Origin: Anaeromyxobacteraceae bacterium
GTDB taxonomy: Bacteria > Myxococcota > Myxococcia > Myxococcales > Anaeromyxobacteraceae
Reading direction: 5' to 3'
Assembly (NCBI GenBank): GCA_047602405.1
Contig: JASGHJ010000002.1
Coordinates: 160,001 to 224,000 of the forward strand
DNA: 64,000 nucleotides
Shown: one piece after another, positions 43,923 through 55,621 of the stretch
Numbering within the stretch: position 1 is the stretch's first letter
How the letters are laid out: each line of letters begins with the position of its first letter
The notes under the pieces: model-generated
What the model was told of the DNA's origin: nothing
Database searches by the model: none
Seen by the model: only the letters and a program-made list of their open reading frames with translations
Translations under genes and position numbers: made by a program

Positions 43923-45089
43923 GTGCCCGGCCTCGAGATCACCGTCGTCGACTCCATCCTCGACGTGCCCGCGGAGGCCTGGGACGCCCTCCACGCGCAC
44001 GAGCCGGTCGCGGCGACCCCCTTCCTCCGCCACGCGTTCCTCGCGGCCATGGAGGCGAGCGGGTCGGCCTCACCGCGCTCCGGCTGGCACGCGCGGCACC
44101 TCCTCGCCCGCCGGGGCCGCACCCTCGTCGGGGCCGCGCCGGCCTACCGGCGCGACGGCTCCGACGGGGACTTCTCGCGCGACTGGCAGTGGGCCTCCGC
44201 GGCCGAGCGCGCCGGGGTCCCGTACTACCCGAAGCTCCTGCTCGCGGTGCCCTTCAGCCCCACGACCGGCCGCCGGGTGCTCGCCGCCGAGGGCGAGGAC
44301 CGCGCCGCGATCGTCGCCGCGATCGTGGACGAGGCCCGGGCGCTGGCGCGGCGGGAGGGCATGCACGCGCTCCAGGTCCTCTTCCCGGGGCCGGACGAGG
44401 CGGCGGAGCTCGAGGCGGCCGGCCTCGCCCCGCGCATCGACTTCCAGTACCACTGGGTGAACGCGGGCTACGCGAGCCCGGACGACTTCCTCGCGCGGTT
44501 CCCGTCGAAGCGGCGCAACGCGCTCCGGCGCGAGCGCCGCGCCCCCGCGGAGCAGGGCATCACCATCCGCACCGTGCGCGGGGACGAGCTCTCGCGCGAC
44601 CCGGAGGGCTGGGCGAAGGCCTGCTTCGCCCTCCACCGGCGCACGACCGACAAGATGGTGTGGGGCATGCGCTGGGTGAACCAGCGCTTCTACGAGGCGG
44701 CCATCCGCGGGCTCCCCGACGCGGTCGAGGTGGTGGAGGCGCGCCGCGAGGGGCGGATGATCGGCATGGCCTTCAACCTCGCCTCCGCCGAGCGGCTCTA
44801 CGGGCGCTACTGGGGCTGCTCGGAGGAGCACCCGTTCCTCCACTTCAACGTCGCGCTCTACCACTCCATCGACGAGTGCATCCGCCGGGGCACGAAGATC
44901 TTCGAGGGCGGCGCCGGCGGCGAGCACAAGGTGGCGCGCGGCTTCGAGCCCGCCGAGACCTGGAGCGCGCACGCGTTCCTCGACCCGCGGATGGACCGCA
45001 GCGTCCGCGAGTACGTCGCCCACGAGCTCCGGGAGCGGCGCCTCGCCGTGCAGCAGTGGCGCGAGGAGCACCCGCGGCTCGGCGGGTAG
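43923..45089 (+). CDS. GNAT/FemAB-like (DUF482) acyltransferase
   Basis: YYPKL..VPFSP, YGRYWG, LHFN..Y, GAGGEHK..RGF; RBS before GTG 43923. Confidence 0.88.
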   Translation: MPGLEITVVDSILDVPAEAWDALHAHEPVAATPFLRHAFLAAMEASGSASPRSGWHARHLLARRGRTLVGAAPAYRRDGSDGDFSRDWQWASAAERAGVPYYPKLLLAVPFSPTTGRRVLAAEGEDRAAIVAAIVDEARALARREGMHALQVLFPGPDEAAELEAAGLAPRIDFQYHWVNAGYASPDDFLARFPSKRRNALRRERRAPAEQGITIRTVRGDELSRDPEGWAKACFALHRRTTDKMVWGMRWVNQRFYEAAIRGLPDAVEVVEARREGRMIGMAFNLASAERLYGRYWGCSEEHPFLHFNVALYHSIDECIRRGTKIFEGGAGGEHKVARGFEPAETWSAHAFLDPRMDRSVREYVAHELRERRLAVQQWREEHPRLGG

Positions 45090-45257
45090 GGCCTCCGGGC
45101 GCCCCGAAAGGGATTTCACTCCCCGGAAGATGCGCCGCGGCAGGCGACACCCACCTGCGGTGGGGCTGCGCGGGAGCTGGCCGCTCGCGGGGGCCGGCTC
45201 GCTGCGTCCGGGTTGACGATGCGTGAGATATGGCGGACGGTCGGGGGAGGAGGGACC

Positions 45258-46061
45258 ATGCGCGCTGCCGCTCCCGGTGCCTGGCTGCTCGTCGCCTCGT
45301 TCACCGCCCTGTGGGCCTGCGGGCCGGACGCGCCCGTCAACCCGGCCTGGCGCGTGGACGTGCCGATGGTCCCCTCCGCCGGGACGGGGCAGGAGTACGC
45401 GCTCCTGCACGTGGAGGAGCTGATCCTGGCCGCACGAGGCGGGTTCGACGTGACCGAGCTCTTCCGGGCCCGCTTCTGGTTCGGCTGGCACGCGCCGAGC
45501 CCCGGCAACACGATCGATCTCGAGCACGCGGTGTGGACCGAGGACGAGCTGCGGGGGTGCTCGCACGTCGAGCGCGGCCGCCTCATGCTCGACTGCACCT
45601 TCGAGGGCACGACGACGAACCCGGACCGCCTGCACCTGTCGGGCTGGATCGCCTGGTTCCCGCACACGAAGGACCGGACCTCGGGCGAGCTCGTGTGGGC
45701 GCTCCGGGGCCGGGTCGAGCACGCGAGGCTCCCGTGGGACGACACGCTCGACGAGCACGTCTCGGTGACGCTCTCACCGCAGGGCATGAAGGGCACCGTC
45801 GAGCTGAGCGGCGCCACCGGCGAGCGCAGCCCGTCTCCGGGGCCGTGGTGGTCGGTCTTGACCGTCGACGTCGGCTTCGACCCCTCCTACGTCGCGGACC
45901 TCCTCGCCGACCGGTTCCCGCTCGGCGCCTGCCAGCAGCCGGTGAGCCGTGGCACCTTCGAGACGCGGCTCCTCGTCGAGGACCCGCCGGAGCGCCTCGC
46001 GGGCCGGGTCATCTGGAGCTCCTGCACGGAGGCGACCGCGGAGTGGGGCGGGTCACCCTGA
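45258..46061 (+). CDS. Hypothetical lipoprotein
   Basis: GGAGGAGG RBS; lipobox LWAC; aromatic, beta-rich composition. Confidence 0.65.
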   Translation: MRAAAPGAWLLVASFTALWACGPDAPVNPAWRVDVPMVPSAGTGQEYALLHVEELILAARGGFDVTELFRARFWFGWHAPSPGNTIDLEHAVWTEDELRGCSHVERGRLMLDCTFEGTTTNPDRLHLSGWIAWFPHTKDRTSGELVWALRGRVEHARLPWDDTLDEHVSVTLSPQGMKGTVELSGATGERSPSPGPWWSVLTVDVGFDPSYVADLLADRFPLGACQQPVSRGTFETRLLVEDPPERLAGRVIWSSCTEATAEWGGSP

Positions 46062-46823
46062 CGCCGCGCGCGCGGTCCACGCGAGCGCGAGGTCCCGGGC
46101 CCAGGCCGCCCCGCCGTGCGCCTCCGCGAGCGCGCGGGCGTCGGCGAGGAGCGCCGCGAGCCCGGCGGGCCCGAGCGCCGGGCCCACGTACGAGTGGGCG
46201 CGCAGCACCGCGGCGAGGTCGTCCGGCGACAGCGCGACGTCGTCGCGGAGGACCTCCCGTCCCTCCAGCGCCAGCCCTGCGGCCGCCGCGATGGCCTCGA
46301 CCGGCGGCGGGTGCGGGCGGGCCTTCGGGTTCGCCGCCGCGATGCGCTCGCCCAGGGCGTGCATGAACGGGGTCGGCGCGAAGGCCGGGACCACGAACGC
46401 CACCCGGCCGCCGGGCGCGAGCAGCCGCGCGAGCTCGGCCCCGGCGCGCGGCGGGTCGACCCACTGCGCCGCGTCGGCGAGCAGCGCGAGGGAGAAGGTG
46501 CGCGCGGGGAGCCCGGTGTCCTCGGCCGCGGCGTGGACGGCCTCGACCGCGAGGCCGGCGCGGGCCGCGGCGTCCGAGAGCCCGTCGAGCATCGCGCGGG
46601 CGGGCTCGACCGCCGTCACCCGGAGCCCGGCCGCGGCGAGCGGCAGCGCGAGGTGCCCGGTCCCGGCGCCGAGGTCGGCCACGCGCGCGCCCGGGCCGCC
46701 GGCGAGCGCGACGAGGCGCGCGACGAGGGCGGCCGGATACGCGGGGCGCCGCGGGTAGTCGCCCGCCATCCGGTTGAACACCCAGCGTGAAGCGTCGGAC
46801 GGGTGGACGTTTCGGCGGGACAC
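46053..46823 (-). CDS. Class I SAM-dependent methyltransferase
   Basis: Y..RPAYP, VADLGAGTG, VTAVEP, AE.TGL. Confidence 0.9.
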   Translation of the reverse strand: MSRRNVHPSDASRWVFNRMAGDYPRRPAYPAALVARLVALAGGPGARVADLGAGTGHLALPLAAAGLRVTAVEPARAMLDGLSDAAARAGLAVEAVHAAAEDTGLPARTFSLALLADAAQWVDPPRAGAELARLLAPGGRVAFVVPAFAPTPFMHALGERIAAANPKARPHPPPVEAIAAAAGLALEGREVLRDDVALSPDDLAAVLRAHSYVGPALGPAGLAALLADARALAEAHGGAAWARDLALAWTARAASG

Positions 46824-46846
46824 GGGGACAGGGTAGCCGGTCTGGC

Positions 46847-46897
46847 CTCATCCTTCGACTTCGGCCCGCCTGCGGCGGGCCTACGCTCAGGATGAGC
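46847..46897 (+). repeat. REP-like palindromic element, copy 2
   Basis: CTCATCCTTCGACTTCGGCCCGCCTGCGGCGGGCCTACGCTCAGGATGAGC. Confidence 0.85.
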
Positions 46898-46950
46898 GAG
46901 TGTCGACGAAACCCGTGCGCGGCCGCCCGGACCGGTGGTATTCGACGCGC

Positions 46951-48216
46951 ATGGCCAGGGAAGCGCTCGTCCGGCGCGCGGCGCGGGCCGCATGGGCGAC
47001 CCCGCGGGCGCGCGTGCTCACGGTCGCCGTCGCGGCGCTGGTCCTCCTCGTCGCCTGGCGCGCGGCGCGCGCCCGCGAGGTCGGCGCGCACGTCGCGGCG
47101 GTGCGGCCGCTCGTGCAGCGGGTGGTCGCGAGCGGCCGGGTCATGTCCCCCGCGCGCATCGCGCTCGCGCCGCTCGCGCCGGGGCAGGTCCTCGAGGTCG
47201 CGGTCGACGAAGGCGACCTCGTCCGGCCCGGCCAGCTCCTGCTGCGGCTCGACGCCACCTCCGCGACCGCCGCGCTCGAGCAGGCCCGCGCCCGCACCGC
47301 GGAGGCGGCCGCGCGGCTCGACCAGGTGCGCGGCCCGGGGGCGCGCTCCGCCGCCGAGCTCCTCCGCCAGGCGCAGCTCAAGGTCGCCTCCGCGCAGGCC
47401 GAGCTCGAGCGGGTGCGCAAGCTGTACGACGCCGGCGCCGCGAGCGCCCAGGCGCGCGACGACGCCCAGCGCGCGCTCGACGTCGCGCGGAGCGCGCAGG
47501 ACGCCGCGGCCGCCCAGGCCGCCTCCGCCGCGGAGGGCGCCGACCAGCGCGCCGCGGCGGCGGCGCTCCGGGGGGCGCAGGCGGCCGAGGAGGTCGCCCG
47601 CGCGGCGCTCGAGGACCGCGCGCTCCGGGCGCCCGCGGCCGGCCGCGTGCTCCTGCGCGACGTCGAGCCGGGCGACGTCGTCGGCACCGGCAAGACCGTG
47701 CTCGTCCTCTCCCGCGAGGGCGAGACCCGGCTCACCGTGCAGCCCGACGAGAAGAGCCTCGCCGTGCTCGCGCTCGGCCAGGGGGCCTCCGCGGTCGCCG
47801 ACGCGTACCCCGCGGCGCCGTTCGAGGCGAAGGTCACCTTCATCGCGCCCTCGGTCGACCCGGCGCGCGGCACGGTCGAGGTCCGCCTGGCGGTCCCCCG
47901 GCCGCCGGCGTTCCTGCGTCCGGAGATGACGGTCTCGGTGAACGTCGAGGTGGGCCGCAAGGCCGAGGCCCTGGTCGTGCCCGCCGAGGTGGTGCGTGAC
48001 GCGGCCGCCTCGCCCTGGGTGCTCACCATCGCAGGCGGGCGGGCCGAGCGCCGGCCCGTCACGCTCGGGCTCCGGGGCGAGGGGTACGTGGAGGTCACCG
48101 CGGGGCTCGCGCCCGGCGACGCCGTCATCCCGTCCTCGTCCGGCCGGGTCGAGCCGGGCGAGCGGGTCCGCGCGAGCGCACTCGCGCCGCCCGCGGGGTT
48201 CGCCCGTGCCCTTTGA
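46951..48216 (+). CDS. HlyD/MFP efflux adaptor
   Basis: N-terminal TM, VVASGRV, VDEGDLV, LRAPAAG, VDPARGTV. Confidence 0.9.
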   Translation: MAREALVRRAARAAWATPRARVLTVAVAALVLLVAWRAARAREVGAHVAAVRPLVQRVVASGRVMSPARIALAPLAPGQVLEVAVDEGDLVRPGQLLLRLDATSATAALEQARARTAEAAARLDQVRGPGARSAAELLRQAQLKVASAQAELERVRKLYDAGAASAQARDDAQRALDVARSAQDAAAAQAASAAEGADQRAAAAALRGAQAAEEVARAALEDRALRAPAAGRVLLRDVEPGDVVGTGKTVLVLSREGETRLTVQPDEKSLAVLALGQGASAVADAYPAAPFEAKVTFIAPSVDPARGTVEVRLAVPRPPAFLRPEMTVSVNVEVGRKAEALVVPAEVVRDAAASPWVLTIAGGRAERRPVTLGLRGEGYVEVTAGLAPGDAVIPSSSGRVEPGERVRASALAPPAGFARAL

Positions 48217-49415
48217 GCTCTTCGTCGCGCTGCGCTACCTGCGCGAGGGGCGCGCCCAGACCGCGCTGATCCTCGGCGGCACCACCGTCGGCGTCGCCGT
48301 CATCATCTTCCTGACCGCGCTCATCTCCGGCCTGCAGGCGACGCTCGTCGACCAGACGCTGTCCTCGCAGGCGCACGTCGTGCTGCGCCGGCCGGAGCGG
48401 GTCCCGCGCGTGCTCCCGCCGGCGCCGGGCGAGGCCATCGCCGCCTCCATCGAGCGCGCGCCCGAGCGGCAGCGCTCGATCGACCAGTGGCAGGAGGTGC
48501 TGAAGATCGCGCGCGCGACCCCGGGCGTCGTCGCGGCGAGCCCCTCGGCCGAGGGCTCCGCCTTCGCGAGCCGGGGCGACGTCTCGAAGCCGGTCGCGCT
48601 CCGCGGCGTGGAGGAGGAGAGCTTCGACGCCGTGATCCGGATCGCCGGCCGCATCCAGGCGGGCCGGTTCCGGGTCGAGGGGCCGGAGGTGGTCATCGGC
48701 GCCGTGCTCGCCGACGACCTCGGGCTGCAGGTCGGCGACAAGCTCCGGCTCACCACGCCGGAGGGCGTCACCGACCTCTTCACGATCGCCGGGATCTTCG
48801 ACCTCGGCGCGAAGGACGTGAACCAGCGCTGGGTGCTCTGCTCGCTCCGCACCGCGCAGACGCTGCTCGATCTCGCGGGCGGGGCGACCACGATCGCGCT
48901 CAAGGTCGAGGACGTCTTCCAGGCGGAGAAGGTCGCCGCCGGCCTCGCCGACCGGACCGGCCTCGTGGCCGACAGCTGGATGAAGCTCAACGCCCAGCTC
49001 CTCACCGCGCTCCGCTCGCAGTCGTCGTCCTCCGCGATGATCCAGTTCTTCGTGGTGGTGGCGGTCGCGCTCGGCATCGCGAGCGTGCTCGGCGTCTCGG
49101 TCATCCAGAAGTCGCGCGAGATCGGCATCCTCAAGGCGACCGGCACGCCGACCGGCACGGTGCTGCGGATCTTCCTCGCCGAGGGCGCCATCGTCGGCGT
49201 GCTGGGCTCGGTGCTGGGCGCGGGCCTCGGGACGGCCATGGCGATGGGCTTCGCCGCCGCGGTGAAGAACCCGTACGGCGAGGCGCTCTTCCCGATCCAG
49301 CTCACCCCGGGGCTCTTCGGCCTCGCGGCCGCGGTCGCCATCGGCACCGGCGTCGTCGCGGCGGTCTTCCCGGCCCGCGTCGCGGCGCGCCTCGACCCCG
49401 CCACGGTGATCCGCC

Positions 49416-49423
<8 letters not shown>
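48206..49423 (+). CDS. LolC/E-FtsX-type ABC permease
   Basis: [29 protein letters not shown]. Confidence 0.92.
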
Positions 49424-50137
<714 letters not shown>

Positions 50138-50141
<4 letters not shown>

Positions 50142-50506
50142 TCCCGGAGGCCATCCGCGCGGCGGCGCGCCGCGCCGTCTCGCTGCCCGGCGAGGTGCTG
50201 CTCGCCGAGTGCGAGCTCGAGTTCTTCGTGGCGGGCGGGCCCGGCGGCCAGCACCGCAACAAGACGGAGAGCGGCGTGCGGCTCTCGCACCCGCCCACCG
50301 GGGTCACCGTCACCGCGACCGAGCGGCGCAGCCAGGCGCAGAACCGGGGCGCGGCCCTCGAGCGGCTGCGCGAGCGCCTCGCGGCGCTGGCGGTGCGCCC
50401 GAAGGTGCGGCGCGCGACGAAGCCGTCCCGCGGCGCGAAGGAGCGGCGCCTGCGCGAGAAGAAGCACCAGGCCGGCAAGAAGGCCGACCGTCGCGGCGAC
50501 GAGTAG
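50138..50506 (+). CDS. ArfB/YaeJ-like GGQ peptidyl-tRNA hydrolase
   Basis: [15 protein letters not shown], basic tail [19 protein letters not shown]. Confidence 0.88.
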
Positions 50507-50538
50507 CGGGCCCGCCTGCTGCCGGGGGCGGGGGCGGT

Positions 50539-50591
50539 CCGTTCATCCCGAGCGTAGGCCCGCGAAGCGGGCCGGAGTCGAGGGACGAGCG
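50539..50591 (-). repeat. REP-like palindromic element, copy 3 (inverted)
   Basis: Reverse complement reads CGCTCGTCCCTCGACTCCGGCCCGCTTCGCGGGCCTACGCTCGGGATGAACGG. Confidence 0.85.
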
Positions 50592-50603
50592 CCCCCGTGA
50601 AAC

Positions 50604-50963
50604 TCAGCCCGCGGCGAGCTGCGACGCGAGCGGGATCGCCTCGACGAGCCCGGCGGCGACGAGCCGCTGGAGCGCGCCGCGGACCTCGTCCGGCTGGATG
50701 CCGGCCGGCTCGAGGCGCTCGACGAGATCCGGCACGCCGAGGCGGCCGGCGCGGAGCTCCCCGAGGACCGTGCCGTCGCCCGCCTGCAGCGCGAGCGGGG
50801 TGGCCCAGGCCACGAGCGCGGCGTCGAGCGCGTTGCGCCCGCTCGCGCGCGCCTGGGCGACCGTCTCGCGGTGGGCGGTGTCGGCGGCCAGCCCCGCCGC
50901 GGTGAGCGCGAACTTCTGGCCACGGGGCCAGCGCTTCGGACCGTTGCGGTGGGAGGAGAGCAT
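50604..50963 (-). CDS. Hypothetical protein, possibly with a winged-helix-like C-terminus
   Basis: ATG start, typical codon usage, fills the gap; ends VRGALQRLVAAGLVE. Confidence 0.65.
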   Translation of the reverse strand: MLSSHRNGPKRWPRGQKFALTAAGLAADTAHRETVAQARASGRNALDAALVAWATPLALQAGDGTVLGELRAGRLGVPDLVERLEPAGIQPDEVRGALQRLVAAGLVEAIPLASQLAAG

Positions 50964-50999
50964 GGGGGTGCGAAGCTATGCGGCCGCGCGACCCGAAAG

Positions 51000-51290
51000 T
51001 CAACCGGATCCCGCCGCCCCCGCGCGGAGCACGCGCTCCCGGCGGCGGTGCCTGAGCACGATCAGGAGCCCCGCCACGGCCGCCCCGAGCAGGAGCGCGT
51101 TCGTCGCCACGAAGACCGCGTTCCCCACGAGGGCGCTGTAGACGGTGAACCCGGTCGAGGCGGCAATCTGCCCCACGAAGAGCCAGCGGGACACCCCCTC
51201 GCTCGTGCCGTCCCGCCACTGCTTCGCGACCTGCTTCACGATCGTGGCGACCAGGATCGCCGAGGAGAGCCAGCCGATGAGCTCCGTCAC
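51000..51290 (-). CDS. Small PQ-loop/SemiSWEET-like membrane protein
   Basis: Three TMs: IGWLSSAIL..KQV.KQW...SEGVS.WLF..F..TN; the canonical PQ reads KQ here. Confidence 0.7.
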   Translation of the reverse strand: MTELIGWLSSAILVATIVKQVAKQWRDGTSEGVSRWLFVGQIAASTGFTVYSALVGNAVFVATNALLLGAAVAGLLIVLRHRRRERVLRAGAAGSG

Positions 51291-51356
51291 CCTCCGCACG
51301 ATGGCGCTCCCGTGCGGGTTGCGCCCGGCTGCCCGCTCGGGGAGACTCCCGGGCCC

Positions 51357-52067
51357 ATGCTCGCCTCGCTCGCCGCCGCGCTCCTCGCCACGACCCCGCC
51401 GGTCACCGCGCGCCCGCCGGAGGCCGGGAGCGCGAGCGTCCACGCGCTCGTCGCGCGCTGCGTGCAGGCGCACGGCGGGCCGGCCGCCCTCGCGAGGGCC
51501 GCCCGGCAGCAGCAGGTCGGGACCGTCACCTCGCTCCTCCACCCGGGCGCCGCCGGCAAGATCGGCCGCGTCTACGAGCGGAGCGGCCGGCTCCGCGTGG
51601 AGGTGCAGTGGCCGGGCGAGGAGGGCGAGATCCGCGTGGTCGACGGCGACCGCGGCTGGCGGCAGGGGCAGGAGGCGCGGGGCGGCCACCTCGCCTCGAT
51701 GATGCTGCAGGCGGTGCGGCTCGATCTCCCCGCCACGCTCGCGAACTGGGAGGCCCGGCTCGAGGACCGCGGCGAGCAGGTGATCGCCGGGAAGAAGGTC
51801 CGGGTGCTCGCCTTCCCGTACGCGCCCGGGCTCGTCGTCGAGGCCGTGCTCGACCCCGCGAGCGGGCGGATCGTCCGCTCGCGCGGGTACTCCACCGGCG
51901 CCGAGCACGTCGAGTTCATCACGACCTACGAGGACTACCGCCTCGTGGAGGGCGTGCTCGTGGCGTTCCGCGAGGTGAACTGGGCGAACGGGAAGACCAC
52001 GGGGGAGACCGTGGTCGAGCAGGTGGGCTTCCCGGCGACGCTGCCGGCCGAGATGTGGAGGCCGTAG
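51357..52067 (+). CDS. Secreted hypothetical protein, possibly LolA-like fold
   Basis: Signal peptide; [16 protein letters not shown] motifs. Confidence 0.7.
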   Translation: MLASLAAALLATTPPVTARPPEAGSASVHALVARCVQAHGGPAALARAARQQQVGTVTSLLHPGAAGKIGRVYERSGRLRVEVQWPGEEGEIRVVDGDRGWRQGQEARGGHLASMMLQAVRLDLPATLANWEARLEDRGEQVIAGKKVRVLAFPYAPGLVVEAVLDPASGRIVRSRGYSTGAEHVEFITTYEDYRLVEGVLVAFREVNWANGKTTGETVVEQVGFPATLPAEMWRP

Positions 52068-52068
52068 C

Positions 52069-54616
52069 CTACGGCCCGACGCGCACGAGCGTCAGGAGCG
52101 GCTGCTCGGGGTCGAAGGCGCCGTTGAGGTCGAGCTCGGCGTGGATGGCCCAGTCGTGCTCGCCCGCCTCGTCGACGATCGCCTGCGTCACCTTCCAGCG
52201 GCGCGGGCCGTCCTCGACGAGCGTCGTGTGGTGCGCCCGGCGGGCGGCCGGGGTCACGTCGATCCGCGGGTGCTCCGCCCAGTACGGCGCGAGCTCCTTC
52301 TCGAGCGCCGCCGCGTCCCAGGTCTGGCCGGGCGCGAGCGCCGCGAGCGCGGCGGCGTGGTCCTTCCGCGCCAGCGCGACGAGCAGCGCGTGCAGCTCGT
52401 TGCGCACGCGCGCGGCGAAGGCCTTCGCGTCGGCCCAGATCGGCGGCGGGCCGAGCGCCTCGACCACCGCGGCGCGGGGGTCGACGAGCCGGGCCTGGTA
52501 GGCCGGGTCGCGCATCCGCTCCCACTCGTCGAGGAGCGACGAGTCCACCCCGCGCACGGTCGCCCGGAGGAAGGCGATGACGTCGAGGAGGTCGTCGGTG
52601 CGGTAGCCCTCGGGCACCGTCTGCACGAGCGTCTTGTACGCCTCGGTCAGGTAGCGGAGCAGCACGCCCTCCGAGCGCTGCAGCTCGTAGTCGCGCACGT
52701 AGTCGGCGAAGGTCATCCACTTCTCGACCATCTCGCGCGCGATCGACTTCGGGCGGATGTTCTCGTGGCCGACCCAGGGGTGGCGGGCGGCGAAGTCGTC
52801 GAAGGTCGCGTAGGTGAACTCGCGGTTCGGCTTCGGGTACTCGACCGTCTCGAGCTCCTTCATCCGCTCGTCGTACTCCTTGCCCTCCGCCTTCATGCGC
52901 GCGACCGCCTCGCCCTTCGCGCGGTCGAGCTGCTTCCAGAGCACGACGTCGGGGTCCTCGAGGATCGACTCGACCATCGAGAGGACGTCGAGGTGGTACG
53001 TGTCGCGCTCCGGCGAGATGCGCGGGAGCGTGTCCAGGAGGTAGAGGGACAACGTGTGGAAGATCGAGAAGTCCTTCTGCAGCCCGCGCGCGGGGCGCAG
53101 GTAGGCGCCCCGCCAGCCCTCCACCCGGTGCAGCTCCACGAGCCCCGCCTGGCGGAGCGTGCGCAGCCGCTGGGCGGCGGAGCGGCGGTGCTTCGCGCGG
53201 GTGTAGTCGTTGCCGTGCGAGCGGCCGATGAGCTCCACGAGCCGGCCGTACCCGCCGCCGCGCGCCGAGGTCTCCGACTGGAGCAGGTTCACGAGCAGCG
53301 CGAAGGTGGGCTCGAACCGGCTCTCGAGCGGCTCGGGCTCCTTCTCGCGCAGCCGCTCGAAGGTGCTCCGGTCCCAGTGGACGTAGCCCTTCTGCGGCGG
53401 CTGCTTCTTCACCACCTTCTTCCCGGCGGCGGCCTTCTCGGCGAGCTTCCTGTTCTCGACCACGTGCTCCGGCGCCTGGGCGAGCACGTAGCCGCGGTCG
53501 TCGAACCCCTTGCGCCCCGCGCGGCCGGAGAATCTGGTGGAAGTCGCGGGCCGCGAGGATGGCGGTCTTCTCGCCGTCGAACTTGCAGAGCTGCGTGAAG
53601 AGCACCGTGCGGATGGGGACGTTCACGCCCATGCCGAGCGTGTCGGTGCCGGAGACCACCTTGAGGAGCCCGCCCTGCGCGAGCTTCTCCACGAGCAGGC
53701 GGTACCGGGGGAGGAGCCCCGCGTGGTGGAGCCCGATCCCGTGGCGCAGGAACCGCTGGATCTCCTTCCCGTAGGGGGAGTCGAAGCGGAAGCCCTGGAG
53801 CTGCTCGGCGATGCGGGCCTTCTCCTCCTTCGAGGAGAAGTTGGCGCTCATCAGGTTCTGCGCCTGCTCGGCCGCGGCCCGCTGCGTGAAGTTGACGAGG
53901 TAGACCGGGGCCCGGCTCGAGCCGACGAGGTCCTCGAGCGTCTCGTGGAGCGGCGTCTCGCGGTACTCGAAGTCGAGCGGCACCGGGCGCGCGGCGCTGC
54001 GGACCGAGGCGACCTTGCGGCGGGTGGTGGCCTCGAGCGACGCCTCGATGGCCCGGGTGTCGCCGAGCGTCGCCGACATGAGGAGGAAGCGCGCGTCCTC
54101 GAGGAGGAGGAGCGGCACCTGCCAGGCCACGCCGCGCTCGCGGTCGCCGTAGTAGTGGAACTCGTCCATCACCACCGCGTCGACCTTCGGCGCGGCCTCG
54201 CGCACCGCGAGGTTCATCAGGATCTCGGCGGTGCAGCAGACGATGGGCGCGTCGCGGTTCACCGCCGCGTCGCCGGTCATCATGCCCACGTTGTCCGGCC
54301 CGAAGACGCGGCAGAGCTCGAAGAACTTCTCGTTCACGAGCGCCTTGATCGGGCAGGTGTAGAAGGAGCGCTTGCCCTCCGCCATGCACTGGTAGTGCAG
54401 GAAGGTGGCGACGAGCGACTTCCCCGAGCCGGTGGGCGTCGCGAGCACGAGGTGCTCGCCGTCGAGGAGGTGGAGGATCGCCTCCTCCTGGTGGGGGTAG
54501 AGCTCGAGCCCGGTGCCCGCCACCCACGACACGAAGCGGTCCAGGATCGCGTCGGGTGCGAGCGACTCCCCCGGAGCGGGCAGCGAGGCGGCGAGGGGGG
54601 CGGGGGCGTCTGCCAT
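52069..54616 (-). CDS. Ski2-like DEAD/DEAH helicase (DUF3516 type); apparent +1 frameshift at 53530-53534
   Basis: PTGSGKS, DEFH, SAT, HHAG, GVNVP. Removing one base restores motif [12 protein letters not shown] and joins ORF 52069..53487. Confidence 0.92.
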
Positions 54617-54734
54617 GGCGGGTGACGGTTTACCGCAGGCGTCCGCCATACCCAAGCAGGTTGGTTTTTCCCGATTGCACCCGGGGGGCCCCGCCTGGAT
54701 GCTGCCCTCGCACCCTCAGGAGAACCGACACCCC

Positions 54735-55544
54735 ATGAACAAGCTCGTCGCAATCCTCGCCGCCTGCCTCGCCACTGCCACCGCCACTGGCGCCGCCGCG
54801 CAGGACGCGGCCGCACCGAAGCCGCCCGAGGAGTGGAAGGGCACCGCCGGCGCCGGCCTGATCCTCCTCACCGGCAACACCAGCACCATCACCTCGACGG
54901 CGGTCCTCGGCGCGAAGCGCAACTGGTCCGACTGGGCCCTCGAGTTCAAGGCGGGCGGCGTCTACGGCCGCACGCGCCCGGTGGACAAGGCGCAGGACCC
55001 GCAGACCGTCGCGCTCGCCGCGAACTCGCAGCTCCGCGGCGACCGGAAGTTCGGCGAACACCTCAGCGTGTACGCCCTCACCGGCCTCGACACGGACCAC
55101 GTCGCCTCGGTGGAGTGGCGCGGCTACGGCGAGGGCGGTCTCGGCTACGTCTGGCTGAACACGAAGTGGGAGGGGGACCGCGAGTTCTTCCTCCGCACCG
55201 ACCTCGGTCTCCGGTACGCGAAGGAGTCCCGCTGGCAGTACTACGGGGTCCTCCCGGCGACCGGCCCGGACATCCAGGACGCCGAGCTCCTCGGCCCGCG
55301 CGCCGGCCTCTCGCTCCGCTGGCAGAACACGAAGAACGTCATCCTCACCGAGGACGCCGAGTTCATCCCGAACGTGCAGGGCGACGCCCGGTACCTCGTG
55401 AAGTCGGTGACGAAGCTCGCGACGCGGCTCTCGACGGCGCTCACCTTCGGCGTCGCCTACACGGTGGCCTTCGACTCGAAGCCGGCGCCCGGCAAGGTGA
55501 ACACCGACACGATCCTCGGCGTGACCCTCGAGACCGCGTTCTAG
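54735..55544 (+). CDS. DUF481/YdiY-like outer-membrane beta-barrel
   Basis: Signal peptide, W.G...G....GNT, GEGGLGY, C-terminal Phe. Confidence 0.82.
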   Translation: MNKLVAILAACLATATATGAAAQDAAAPKPPEEWKGTAGAGLILLTGNTSTITSTAVLGAKRNWSDWALEFKAGGVYGRTRPVDKAQDPQTVALAANSQLRGDRKFGEHLSVYALTGLDTDHVASVEWRGYGEGGLGYVWLNTKWEGDREFFLRTDLGLRYAKESRWQYYGVLPATGPDIQDAELLGPRAGLSLRWQNTKNVILTEDAEFIPNVQGDARYLVKSVTKLATRLSTALTFGVAYTVAFDSKPAPGKVNTDTILGVTLETAF

Positions 55545-55552
55545 CGGGGGCT

Positions 55553-55602
55553 TCCTTCGACTCCGTTTACCCTGAGCTTGCCGAAGGGCTCAGGATGAGC
55601 GG
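55553..55602 (+). repeat. REP-like element, copy 4 (variant with nested inverted core)
   Basis: TCCTTCGACTCC...GCTCAGGATGAGCGG ends, with internal CCCTGAGCTTGCCGAAGGG. Confidence 0.75.
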
Positions 55603-55621
55603 CTGTATTTCCCGGCAGCGA

